In this document: piece by piece, positions 46,527-54,890 of the stretch
Layout: each line of letters starts with the position of its first letter
Position numbering within the stretch: position 1 is the stretch's first letter
Origin: Candidatus Multivoradales bacterium
Lineage (GTDB): Bacteria; Acidobacteriota; Thermoanaerobaculia; Multivoradales; Multivoraceae
Assembly (NCBI GenBank): GCA_965223325.1
Contig: CBDCWI010000002.1
Location: 4,192,001 to 4,256,000 of the forward strand
Reading direction: 5' to 3'
Length of the DNA: 64,000 nucleotides
The notes under the pieces: generated by a model
Database searches by the model: none
The model's input: only the letters and a program-made list of their open reading frames with translations
What the model was told of the DNA's origin: nothing
Program-made: the position numbers and the translations under genes

Positions 46527-48070
46527 CCACGCGCCGCGCCTTCAAGAAGGCGCTTGCGGGTAGCGTCCTCGGCGGCGCGTTGGGCGCACCGGCGATCGTG
46601 GCACAGGACAGCGCCCGGCCAAGAATCACCCATGGTGTCGCTTCCGGTGACGTCTCGGGTGATCGCGCGACGCTTTGGGCGCGCGTCGATCGGCCGGCAC
46701 GTCTGGTGGTGGAGTGGGATACCAGCGAGCGCTTCTCAGCGCCCCGACGCGTCGTGGGTCCAGTGGCGCTTCCCGAGACCGGCCTCGCCGCGCTGGTCGA
46801 TTTGCACGAACTTCCACCGGGGCAGCGCATTGTCTATCGAGTGACCTTTGAAGATCTGCGCGACTTGCGCCGGATCAGTGCTCCTTTTGTCGGGACCTTT
46901 CGCTCGGCGGCGACAGCTGGGAACTCCCGCTTCCGTATCGCCTGGTCGGCAGATACCTGTGGGCAGGGGTGGGGCAGGAACCCCGACTGGGGAGGCCTGC
47001 GCCTCTTTGAAACGATGCGTGCGACCGAGCCCGACCTGTTCATCCACTGCGGCGACACCATCTACGCCGATCAGCCGCTCCTACCCGAGGTCACCCTCGA
47101 CGACGGCACGGTCTGGCGCAACCTGGTGACCCCTGCCAAGGCCAAGGTTGCCGAGACCCTGGCCGAGTTCCGTGGCAACTACCTCTACAATCTCGAAGAC
47201 GATCACATGCAGGCGTTCAACGCCCTGGTGCCCCAGTTTGTCCTCTGGGACGACCACGAGGTGCACGACAACTACCACTTCGCCCAGCGCCTCGATGACG
47301 ACGACCGCTACCAGGAAAAGAGCGTAGCGGTCCTGCAGTCCTTTGCTCGGCGTGCGTTCTTCGAGCACCACCCCATTCGTACCGCCGCCGGCGACCGCGA
47401 GCGCATCTATCGCGCCATCCGCCCACATCCGGAGGTCGAGGTGTATGCACTCGACATGCGCACCTACCGCGCGCCGAATTCGCTCAATGACCAGCCGAAG
47501 CCCGGTCCAGAGACCGCGCTTCTCGGCAGACGCCAGCTGGCGTGGCTCGAGGAGCGGCTGGTGCGGTCAACGGCGACCTGGAAAGTCATCGCCTCCGACA
47601 TGCCAATCGGTCTCGTTGTGCGCGACCATCCTGACCACTTCGAAGCGGTCGCCAATAGTGGAGGTGAGCCGCGGGGCCGTGAGCACGAGATAGCCGGTCT
47701 CCTGCGCGCCCTCTACGACCAGAACGTTCACAACGTTGTGTGGCTGACCGGCGACGTGCACTACTGCGCTGCCCATCACTACGACCCCGACCGGGCACGC
47801 TTTCGCGACTTCAACCCCTTCTGGGAGTTTGTCGCCGGGCCGCTGCACGCTGGGACCTTCGGCCCGAACGAGCTCGACGACACCTTCGGCCCCGAGGTGC
47901 GCTTTCGAGGCATTCCCGAGGGGATGAAGCCCGGCCGCTCACCTCGTGACGGCTTTCAGTTCTTCGGCACCTTGACCGTCGACGCTGGCAGCGACGTCTT
48001 GACCGTCGGGCTGCACGATCTCGCCGGCGAGGTGATCTACAGCCAGGCTCTCGAGCCGATGCGGGGTTGA
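46523..48070 (+). CDS. phoD: Alkaline phosphatase D
   Basis: Tat-like TRRAF, HGVASGD, GDTIYAD, WDDHE, LTGDVH. Confidence 0.92.
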   Translation: MTTRRAFKKALAGSVLGGALGAPAIVAQDSARPRITHGVASGDVSGDRATLWARVDRPARLVVEWDTSERFSAPRRVVGPVALPETGLAALVDLHELPPGQRIVYRVTFEDLRDLRRISAPFVGTFRSAATAGNSRFRIAWSADTCGQGWGRNPDWGGLRLFETMRATEPDLFIHCGDTIYADQPLLPEVTLDDGTVWRNLVTPAKAKVAETLAEFRGNYLYNLEDDHMQAFNALVPQFVLWDDHEVHDNYHFAQRLDDDDRYQEKSVAVLQSFARRAFFEHHPIRTAAGDRERIYRAIRPHPEVEVYALDMRTYRAPNSLNDQPKPGPETALLGRRQLAWLEERLVRSTATWKVIASDMPIGLVVRDHPDHFEAVANSGGEPRGREHEIAGLLRALYDQNVHNVVWLTGDVHYCAAHHYDPDRARFRDFNPFWEFVAGPLHAGTFGPNELDDTFGPEVRFRGIPEGMKPGRSPRDGFQFFGTLTVDAGSDVLTVGLHDLAGEVIYSQALEPMRG

Positions 48071-48091
48071 CGCCTAAGGAGTTTCCTTCCA

Positions 48092-49228
48092 ATGACCGAG
48101 TGGACCCTCGAGTGCGGCGCCTGCAATGCGCCCGCAGAACAGGCCGGCGCGACCGTGTGCGGGGACTGTGGCAGGCCGCTTCTGGTGCGCTATGACCTCG
48201 AAGCGCTCGATGGCGAAGCTTTGCGCGAGGCCTGGGCGAGTCGTCGCGGCGGCATGTGGCGTTTTCGCGAGATCATGCCGCTCCGAGATGGCGAGGCGCC
48301 CGTCACCCTCGGCGAAGGCGCGACACCGCTGCTCGAGCTCGACCGTCTCGGAGAAGAACTCGGCCTGCGGCTGTACGCCAAAGACGAGGGGCAGAACCCA
48401 ACCGGCAGCTTCAAGGACCGCGGCCTCTCGGCGGCGGTGACCCGCGCGGTTCGAGACGGCCGCCAGAGCTTCGTCGTGCCCACGGCCGGCAATGCCGGCG
48501 CTGCGCTCGCCGCCTACTGTGCACGTGCCGGGGTAGAGGCCAAGCTCTTCATGCCGCGCGACACACCTGCGGGAGTCGTCCGACGGTGCGAGCTCTCGGG
48601 TGCCGACATCGAACGCATCGATGGCCTGATCGACACCTGCGGCGAGCTTGCGGCTCGCTACGCGGGCGAGAACGGCGCCTGGAATGTCTCGACTCTCAAA
48701 GAGCCCTATCGCATCGAGGGCAAGAAGACGATGATGCTCGAGATCGCTCTGGCGCTTGGCTGGCAGGCCCCCGACGCGATCGTCTACCCCACAGGGGGTG
48801 GCACCGGTCTCATCGGAAGCTGGAAGGCGCTTGCTGAGCTCGAGGCTCTGGGTCTCACCAAGCAAACGACGCGCCTGTACTCCGTGCAAAGTGCGGGCTG
48901 CGCTCCCATCGTACGTGCCTTCGAACGCGGCGACCGTTTCGCCGCCGCCTGGGAAGATGCCGAAACGCAGGCTTATGGCCTCCGGGTGCCTGGGGCGCTC
49001 GGCGATTTTCTGATTCTCGATGCTTTGCGGGCGTCTGGCGGCGGTGCGCTGGCGGTCGAAGACGACGCGATGAAACGAGGTGCTCTGACCCTGGGGGGCC
49101 ATGGCCTGAGCGCATCGATCGAAGGCGGCGCGACACTGGCGGCCGCACAAGTGCTCAGACAAAGCGGCGATCTGCGCGAAGGTGAGCGGGTGGTTCTCTT
49201 CAACACCGCGCACTCGCTGACGTACTGA
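48092..49228 (+). CDS. thrC: Threonine synthase
   Basis: N-terminal CxxC/CxxC, TLGEGATPL, NPTGSFKDRG, TAGNAG, YRIEGKKT, PTGGG. Confidence 0.88.
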   Translation: MTEWTLECGACNAPAEQAGATVCGDCGRPLLVRYDLEALDGEALREAWASRRGGMWRFREIMPLRDGEAPVTLGEGATPLLELDRLGEELGLRLYAKDEGQNPTGSFKDRGLSAAVTRAVRDGRQSFVVPTAGNAGAALAAYCARAGVEAKLFMPRDTPAGVVRRCELSGADIERIDGLIDTCGELAARYAGENGAWNVSTLKEPYRIEGKKTMMLEIALALGWQAPDAIVYPTGGGTGLIGSWKALAELEALGLTKQTTRLYSVQSAGCAPIVRAFERGDRFAAAWEDAETQAYGLRVPGALGDFLILDALRASGGGALAVEDDAMKRGALTLGGHGLSASIEGGATLAAAQVLRQSGDLREGERVVLFNTAHSLTY

Positions 49229-49249
49229 ACGGCCGGTCGCCGTGTGCCC

Positions 49250-50152
49250 TCAGACCTCGGCGCTGGCCAGACAAGCAGCCAGTGCGTCGGCTGCTTCGCG
49301 CGCCGACGGGTACCTGAACCCCCCTGGCAACGCCAGCAGCCTGGCCATCACGACGTCGAGAGCCTCGGGTACCTGAAGCATTTCGCGCAGCGGCTTCCAG
49401 TTGCCTTTGTCGACTGCTTGAAAGTAGGCCAGGATCGAATCGGTCGGGAACGGGCCCTTCCCGGCGACCATCTCGTACAAAAGAGTGCCAACACAGAAGA
49501 GATCGGTGCCTGCGTCGACTTCGCCGCCGTGCACCTGCTCGGGCGCCATGTAGCCCGCGATTCCGACGGACTGTCCAGCCATGGTCGTGAAACCGTTCGC
49601 TGCTTCGGCTTCGCCTTCTAGGAACTTGACCAACCCGAAGTCAATCAATTTCACCGACTGGTCATTGGCCAGGAGAATGCCTTCGGGTTGGATATTGCGA
49701 TGAAGCACTCCACCCTCGTGTAGCGCCGCCAGCCCTTCGAGCACCTGGATGGCGACGTGCATGGCACGTACGACGGGCACTCGGCCGTCCTGCATCAAGG
49801 TCTTCAGGTCGCTGCCCTCGATGACCTCACGCACGAAGTAGTACACCGGCGCAGTTCCTGATTCGCCCGCTGCGTCGCCCACCAGGTCAGGGTGGGAAAC
49901 GTCGGCCCGACCTGAGTCGAGCAGCCGCGCGACGTTCTCATGTTCGATGCGCGTGGCGACCTTGAGTTCGCGCTCGAAGCGGCCAATGGCCTCTTCATTG
50001 TGGTTCCAGGCCGGTAACACTTTGATCAGGACGGGGTGGCCGGTGGAGATCTCGGTGGCCTTGAAGAGAAAGGGAGCGCCCAGCGGTTCGCCGAGGCGGT
50101 AGGCGCCGATTTCGACGCCAGTGAGGTCGGTGGTCGTTGCGGTCTGGGTCAT
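49250..50152 (-). CDS. Hanks-type Ser/Thr kinase-like protein (predicted pseudokinase)
   Basis: VLIK, RFERE, DFG and YMAPEQ present; catalytic loop reads HRNIQPEG. Confidence 0.85.
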   Translation of the reverse strand: MTQTATTTDLTGVEIGAYRLGEPLGAPFLFKATEISTGHPVLIKVLPAWNHNEEAIGRFERELKVATRIEHENVARLLDSGRADVSHPDLVGDAAGESGTAPVYYFVREVIEGSDLKTLMQDGRVPVVRAMHVAIQVLEGLAALHEGGVLHRNIQPEGILLANDQSVKLIDFGLVKFLEGEAEAANGFTTMAGQSVGIAGYMAPEQVHGGEVDAGTDLFCVGTLLYEMVAGKGPFPTDSILAYFQAVDKGNWKPLREMLQVPEALDVVMARLLALPGGFRYPSAREAADALAACLASAEV

Positions 50153-50249
50153 GGCGGGCCTCGGCTGTGGGGGTGCTCGGCATCCGCCGAGAATCGAAAT
50201 ATTCTAACAAAACTATGATTTCGATCATCTTTCTGAAGGAATCACAGGC

Positions 50250-50488
50250 CGACAGGAGGTCATTCGGCACTGGATGCGCGCGCTCTGCGCCGACGAGGTG
50301 ACGAAGACCGCACGTCCTGGAAACGGATGTGGGCCCTGGTGGCCCACTACCTACCTAAAGCCCGAGTCCAACATCCCTGGCCTGGTGAGCGACTTGTCGT
50401 CAATACCTGAGGCAGGAGCCCAGTGCATTAGCAGTGCACGCTGGGATCTGTGCGGGGGGCGCCGGGCAACCGGCGCTCCTACCGCGAT
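50250..50488 (+). mobile_element. Group II intron 3' remnant (maturase C-terminus plus domains V and VI)
   Basis: RQEVIRHWMRAL/RRRGDEDRTSWKRMWALVAHYLPKARVQHPWPGERLVVNT* (one frameshift); D5 GAGCCCAGTGC-ATTAGCA-GTGC-AC-GCTGGGATC; D6 hairpin with GCAA loop, bulged A 50481, ending AT. Confidence 0.85.
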
Positions 50489-50508
50489 CGCCGCAAGTGT
50501 GACTCTAG

Positions 50509-50594
50509 CGAGGGGCGTGGTATGAACGCCCGAGATCAACTCAACCCAGAGGCACGCTCCTAGAAGGAGAGGTTGAAGACAACCGCGCCCCTCG
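50509..50594. mobile_element. 86-bp CTAG-flanked inverted-repeat element
   Basis: CGAGGGGCGTGGT / ACCGCGCCCCTCG (12/13 IR), CTAG at 50505-50508 and 50595-50598. Confidence 0.6.
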
Positions 50595-53500
50595 CTAGAA
50601 ACTGTATTTGAGGCCCAGCTGAACGATGCGACCGTCGCCGTTGGTTGCGGTGATCACGCCATAGTTCGAATCGCCGATGCGGTTGCCCGGCTGGGCATAG
50701 TTGATGCGGTTGAATACGTTGAACGCTTCGATGCGCAGTTGCAACTCATGCTGCCGGCGCAGCGGAATGTTCTTGAACAAAGAAAGGTCGACACGCTGGA
50801 AGTCGGGCCCGCGAATGGTGTTGCGACCGGCGTTGCCTCGACGGGTGGCGGTCTCAGCCAACGACAACGGGACAAAACAATCGGTGTTGAACCACTGCTC
50901 GACGGTTTCCGGCGCGCCCGAGTTCGGGTCGCAGACCTGGTCGGGACGTGACGTCAAGCCGCGGATGTCGTCGCCGCGAACCCGGATCGGGAAGGGATAC
51001 CCGGTCTGGTACTGCGCGATGCCATTGACCTGCCAGTTTCCGAAGACGTGGTGGAGCCAGCCGCCCTTGTTCTCGAGCGTTGGAAGCTTGGCCCCGAAGC
51101 TGAATACCAGGCGATGGCGAACGTCGAAGAGTGCGTCACCCTTCTCACGGGCAAGCGCTTCCTTGAACGAGTTGGGGTCGTTCTGGTCGACCGGGAGAAT
51201 CGGACGCTCCTCGCCACCGATGTTGAGACCTGAAACGTGATCGCGTGCGTGCCCCCAGGTGTAAGACGCCATGAAGTTGAGCCCGCGGGTTGGACGCATG
51301 CGAACGTTCGCCTGCAGCGCGTCATACCAGGACTTAGCGACCGTGAACGTGGGGCGCACCAGCGAGAACGCCGGGTAGAGGCGTGGCCCGAGGGTCGTCT
51401 GGCCGGGCTCGACGATGCGCGGGTTGACCTCCATGAAGATCGGTAGGTTCTCGCCACGCGAACCGACATAGCCCACCTCGACACCGATGTTCTGACCGAA
51501 CTGGCGCTGCGCCGTCAGGTTGAAGTGCTGGTACGAAGGGGTTTCAAACTCAGAACCCCAGCCGATGAAGATGATTCCGGGCGGGAAGAGCGTCGGCCCG
51601 CCCGCGACATTGGCCAGCGGGTCTTGCAGGCTGACCTCGGTGAAGGGTGCGTCGAGCTGCAGGATGGGGTTGAAGGGCGGCGCGAGCACAGCGTTCTGGA
51701 AGAAGTCGCCCTGACCTGGCAGGCTGTCATAAAAGATGCCCCAGCCGGCGCGTACGCTGGTCTTGCCGTCACCCCAGGGGTCCCACACCATCGCCAGGCG
51801 GGGCGCGATGTTGTCTTCGTCGGTGTCAATGGTGCCCGCCGGAACGCCTGCATCGCCTGGGTAGACCAGATTTGTCGGCGCGTCGGGGAAGCGGGTCGAC
51901 TGCTGCCCGGGGCGGAAGCTGTTGAGCGCGTCTCCCGAGTCTTCGAACGGCTCAGCCAATTCGTAACGCAGGCCGAGGTTGAACGTCAGGCGCGGCGAGA
52001 AGCGGAACTCGTCCTGGAAGTAGATGGCATACGAGACGCCGTCGCCTTCATTGATCGCGTCTGCACCGGGAACCGCGGTCCGGAACTGCGACGGCATACC
52101 GAGTAGAAAGTCCGCTGCGGCGTTGCCACTGAACCTGCCGTTGAAGGTGAAATCGCCGTTCGGCCGGTTGATGAAGCCGATGAACATCTTCTCTTTGCGG
52201 TAGTCGACGCCCATCTTCATCGCGTGGCGGCCACGCAGCAATGTGAAGTCGTTGGTGAACTGTGTGACCTCGTTGGTGCGCTTGACGAACGGTTGGTTCG
52301 GGTCGCCCATTGCCGGGTACCCCGAAATCGACATTTGCGCCAGGCCCGTTGCGATCGGGTTGATGTTGGGGATGTTGAGCCCGTACTCAGAGTTGGTGAT
52401 GCCGCTGGTCACGGTTGGGTCGGCGTCGATCTCATTGGATGAGAAGCGTGCCTGGTTGAAGGCGTTGTCGCCGATGGTTGCGGTGTGCGACAGCATGTAG
52501 TCGTTGAGCTCCGAAGCGGCCGTGGTTCCGATGGGTCGCACGGTTCGGGGCGTTAGCCGATCCGAGCTGCTCTCGAGCACCCGGAGGAGCAACGCCTGCC
52601 GCTCGGTCGCCTGGAAGTCGAAGCGCAACCCGAGCTGGTCACGATCGTCGGTGACGTCGGGCGAGGTGATGAAGCGGTTGGTGCCCGAGTTCGGAAGTGG
52701 CGTGAAGTCGTCGATGATGCGCTGTGCTGACGGATCGATGCGGTTGGCCGGGATGATGTTGCCGGGGAAGGGGTTCCCGGTCAGCGGATCGATGATCGGC
52801 GATGAGCTGGCAGAGAAGTCGCCGGCTCGCTCAGCTGCGGTCAAAACGGCGAAGTTCTGCGTCGTGCCGCGAGTGTTGCGAAAACCCTCGTAGTAGCCAA
52901 AGCCGAAGAGCCGCTCCGACATCAGTGGGCCGCCGACGCTGCCGCCGAACTGATCCTGCTTCAGCGTTGGCTTGGGCTGGTCATCGGGTGCGAAGGCGTT
53001 CTTTTTCTCGAACGAGTCGTCGCGATTGAACTCCCACAGGCTGCCGTGCCAGTCGTTGCCTCCCGACTTGGTGACTACGTTGACGATCGAGCCCGCGTTG
53101 CGGCCGAACTCGGCGCTGTAGGAGTGGGTGAGGATCTTGAACTCTTCGATCGCATCTGGCGGCGGTCTCAGAACGAAGCCGGTGTTGAAGGTGTCGTTAT
53201 TCGAAGCACCATCGAGCAGGAAGTTGTTCGACTGGCTGCGCACACCGTTGACTGCGAAGCCGGCTGTTACGGCGCCGAAACCGTTGATGCCCGCGTCGGC
53301 ATCACCGGAGGCACCGCCGAGACGCGCCGGCGGCTCGACGACGCCCGGGACCAGGGTGCCGAGCTGCGTGAAGTTGCGACCGTTGAGCGGGAGCTCGACG
53401 ATGGTCGTTTTGTCGACCACGACACCGAGGGTGGCGTTCGAAGTCTCGATGAGTGCCGCCTCGCCGGTGACGGTTACGACATCGTCGAAGTCACCGACAG

Positions 53501-53837
53501 CCAGGGTCATGGTGATGCGCGCGGTCTCGGCTGCCGTCACGCGCACCCCTTCGCGGGTGAGCTGGCTGAAGCCGTCGAGTGCGGCGGTGACGGTGTAGTC
53601 GCCCGGCGGCAGAAGGGGCGCGGCGAAATAGCCATCGTCGCCGGTCATCACGGTACGCGACCGACTGGTGGCAACATCGGTGATCGTGACGGACACGCCT
53701 GGGAGTGCACCGCCTTCGGCATTGGTCACGATGCCACTGAGCTGACCGGTTGCCTGGGCCAGCACGACCTGCGGGAGAGCGCCGACTGCGAGGAGAATGA
53801 CGAACGCTAGAAGTGCTTGACGTGTTGCGGTGATCAC
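50595..53837 (-). CDS. TonB-dependent receptor, Oar-like, with carboxypeptidase-regulatory-like N-domain
   Basis: Signal peptide, G.V..A.G.ALPG, LPLNGRNF.QL..L.PG, DAIEEF, YSAEFGR..G, C-terminal R.VQLGLKYSF; AAGGAGG RBS. Confidence 0.93.
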   Translation of the reverse strand: MITATRQALLAFVILLAVGALPQVVLAQATGQLSGIVTNAEGGALPGVSVTITDVATSRSRTVMTGDDGYFAAPLLPPGDYTVTAALDGFSQLTREGVRVTAAETARITMTLAVGDFDDVVTVTGEAALIETSNATLGVVVDKTTIVELPLNGRNFTQLGTLVPGVVEPPARLGGASGDADAGINGFGAVTAGFAVNGVRSQSNNFLLDGASNNDTFNTGFVLRPPPDAIEEFKILTHSYSAEFGRNAGSIVNVVTKSGGNDWHGSLWEFNRDDSFEKKNAFAPDDQPKPTLKQDQFGGSVGGPLMSERLFGFGYYEGFRNTRGTTQNFAVLTAAERAGDFSASSSPIIDPLTGNPFPGNIIPANRIDPSAQRIIDDFTPLPNSGTNRFITSPDVTDDRDQLGLRFDFQATERQALLLRVLESSSDRLTPRTVRPIGTTAASELNDYMLSHTATIGDNAFNQARFSSNEIDADPTVTSGITNSEYGLNIPNINPIATGLAQMSISGYPAMGDPNQPFVKRTNEVTQFTNDFTLLRGRHAMKMGVDYRKEKMFIGFINRPNGDFTFNGRFSGNAAADFLLGMPSQFRTAVPGADAINEGDGVSYAIYFQDEFRFSPRLTFNLGLRYELAEPFEDSGDALNSFRPGQQSTRFPDAPTNLVYPGDAGVPAGTIDTDEDNIAPRLAMVWDPWGDGKTSVRAGWGIFYDSLPGQGDFFQNAVLAPPFNPILQLDAPFTEVSLQDPLANVAGGPTLFPPGIIFIGWGSEFETPSYQHFNLTAQRQFGQNIGVEVGYVGSRGENLPIFMEVNPRIVEPGQTTLGPRLYPAFSLVRPTFTVAKSWYDALQANVRMRPTRGLNFMASYTWGHARDHVSGLNIGGEERPILPVDQNDPNSFKEALAREKGDALFDVRHRLVFSFGAKLPTLENKGGWLHHVFGNWQVNGIAQYQTGYPFPIRVRGDDIRGLTSRPDQVCDPNSGAPETVEQWFNTDCFVPLSLAETATRRGNAGRNTIRGPDFQRVDLSLFKNIPLRRQHELQLRIEAFNVFNRINYAQPGNRIGDSNYGVITATNGDGRIVQLGLKYSF

Positions 53838-54026
53838 GACGACCTCCTTGGTCTCGAGTTCGAACTCGGATTGTCGCGCCCCGGTCGCTTCGCGTGAGGG
53901 TCACGCGAAACACGCCGCATCGCGGCGAACCGATTCCCTCATGTTGGCTCTTTGTAGCGGCTCTCAACGTAGCACGTAGAACGCTGCGTTGGGGAGGTGC
54001 CTACCTACGTTGGTTCAGCCAACATC

Positions 54027-54716
54027 CTAGGGCTTGCAAACTCCGCCAGGTCGAAAGCCGGCCGCGGTTGCTTCGGTGCGCGAGGCGAAACGAATGGTGC
54101 TGTTAGGGCAGCGATAGTAGGGACACCAAGGAGCGTGGAAAACGGTCGGAGTGGAGTTTGGTTCGCTCACGTGAATCGTCCTTCCATCGCCACGGAGGCA
54201 CCGGCTCTTCGTCTGCCCAGAGGCCGAGGCGTTTCTTCTTGGTCGTCTGCTTGCAGCCGCGCAAGGGCAGGCTCCTTGTTGAAGTAGACGTGCTGCCACG
54301 CCCAGGCCGCTCATGAGCATCGCCTCCGAGACCCGCGTGTCGGCCACGTAGAGGTCCGCGACCAGTCGACCGTGCCGGTCGTTTGAACTTGCGTTCGACT
54401 CCAACGGACAAACGCGCACTCGACGGTCGTAAGTCAGCGAGTTGAGATGGGCGCGCGCCTTGCGACTCCAGGGCTGGCCGAACTCGGGCGCATCAATCGC
54501 AGCCAGGCGTATCTCGACCTGCAGCGCCCTACCGCCAGGGGTTTTGCGCAGCACCGTCAGTGAGTCTCCGTCGGCGACCTCGAGGACCTTGCCCGTCCAA
54601 CAGCTCTCGACCGAGGCGGGCACTGCGACCATCCCCGCGGCCAGCAACAGGAGAAGCAAGGACCAGCCTCTGGAGGCGCTGTGGAACGTTGCCCTTTCGG
54701 GCCGAATCGGTTTCAC
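54027..54716 (-). pseudogene. Thermonuclease (SNase) with Ada-type metal-binding tail, carrying three compensating frameshifts
   Basis: VADGDS, IRLAAIDAPE.GQ, DRHGR in frame; AWQHVYF..LQ and KKKRLGLWA..PVPPWRW lie in the other two frames; FHAPWC..F.SR.EA..AGFRP..VCKP back in frame. Confidence 0.8.
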
Positions 54717-54890
54717 GTCCAGGATGATGTGCTCGGAGGCGTCTGGCGTAAGTGCTTGAAAACTCTCCGTTTAACCTTGTAATGGATGAATATCTATTAA
54801 AACAGGTTAGGCTAGAGATTCGGGTCGCCGTTGGAGCGGCTTCGCTGACACGAAGCTGGCTCCGGGTATTGCCCCGCAGGGAGGGAGAAA

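Noticed and set aside
50270-50490. 6S RNA or riboswitch interpretation of the hairpin-rich region
   Set aside because: Better explained by group II intron D5/D6 and maturase coding remnant.
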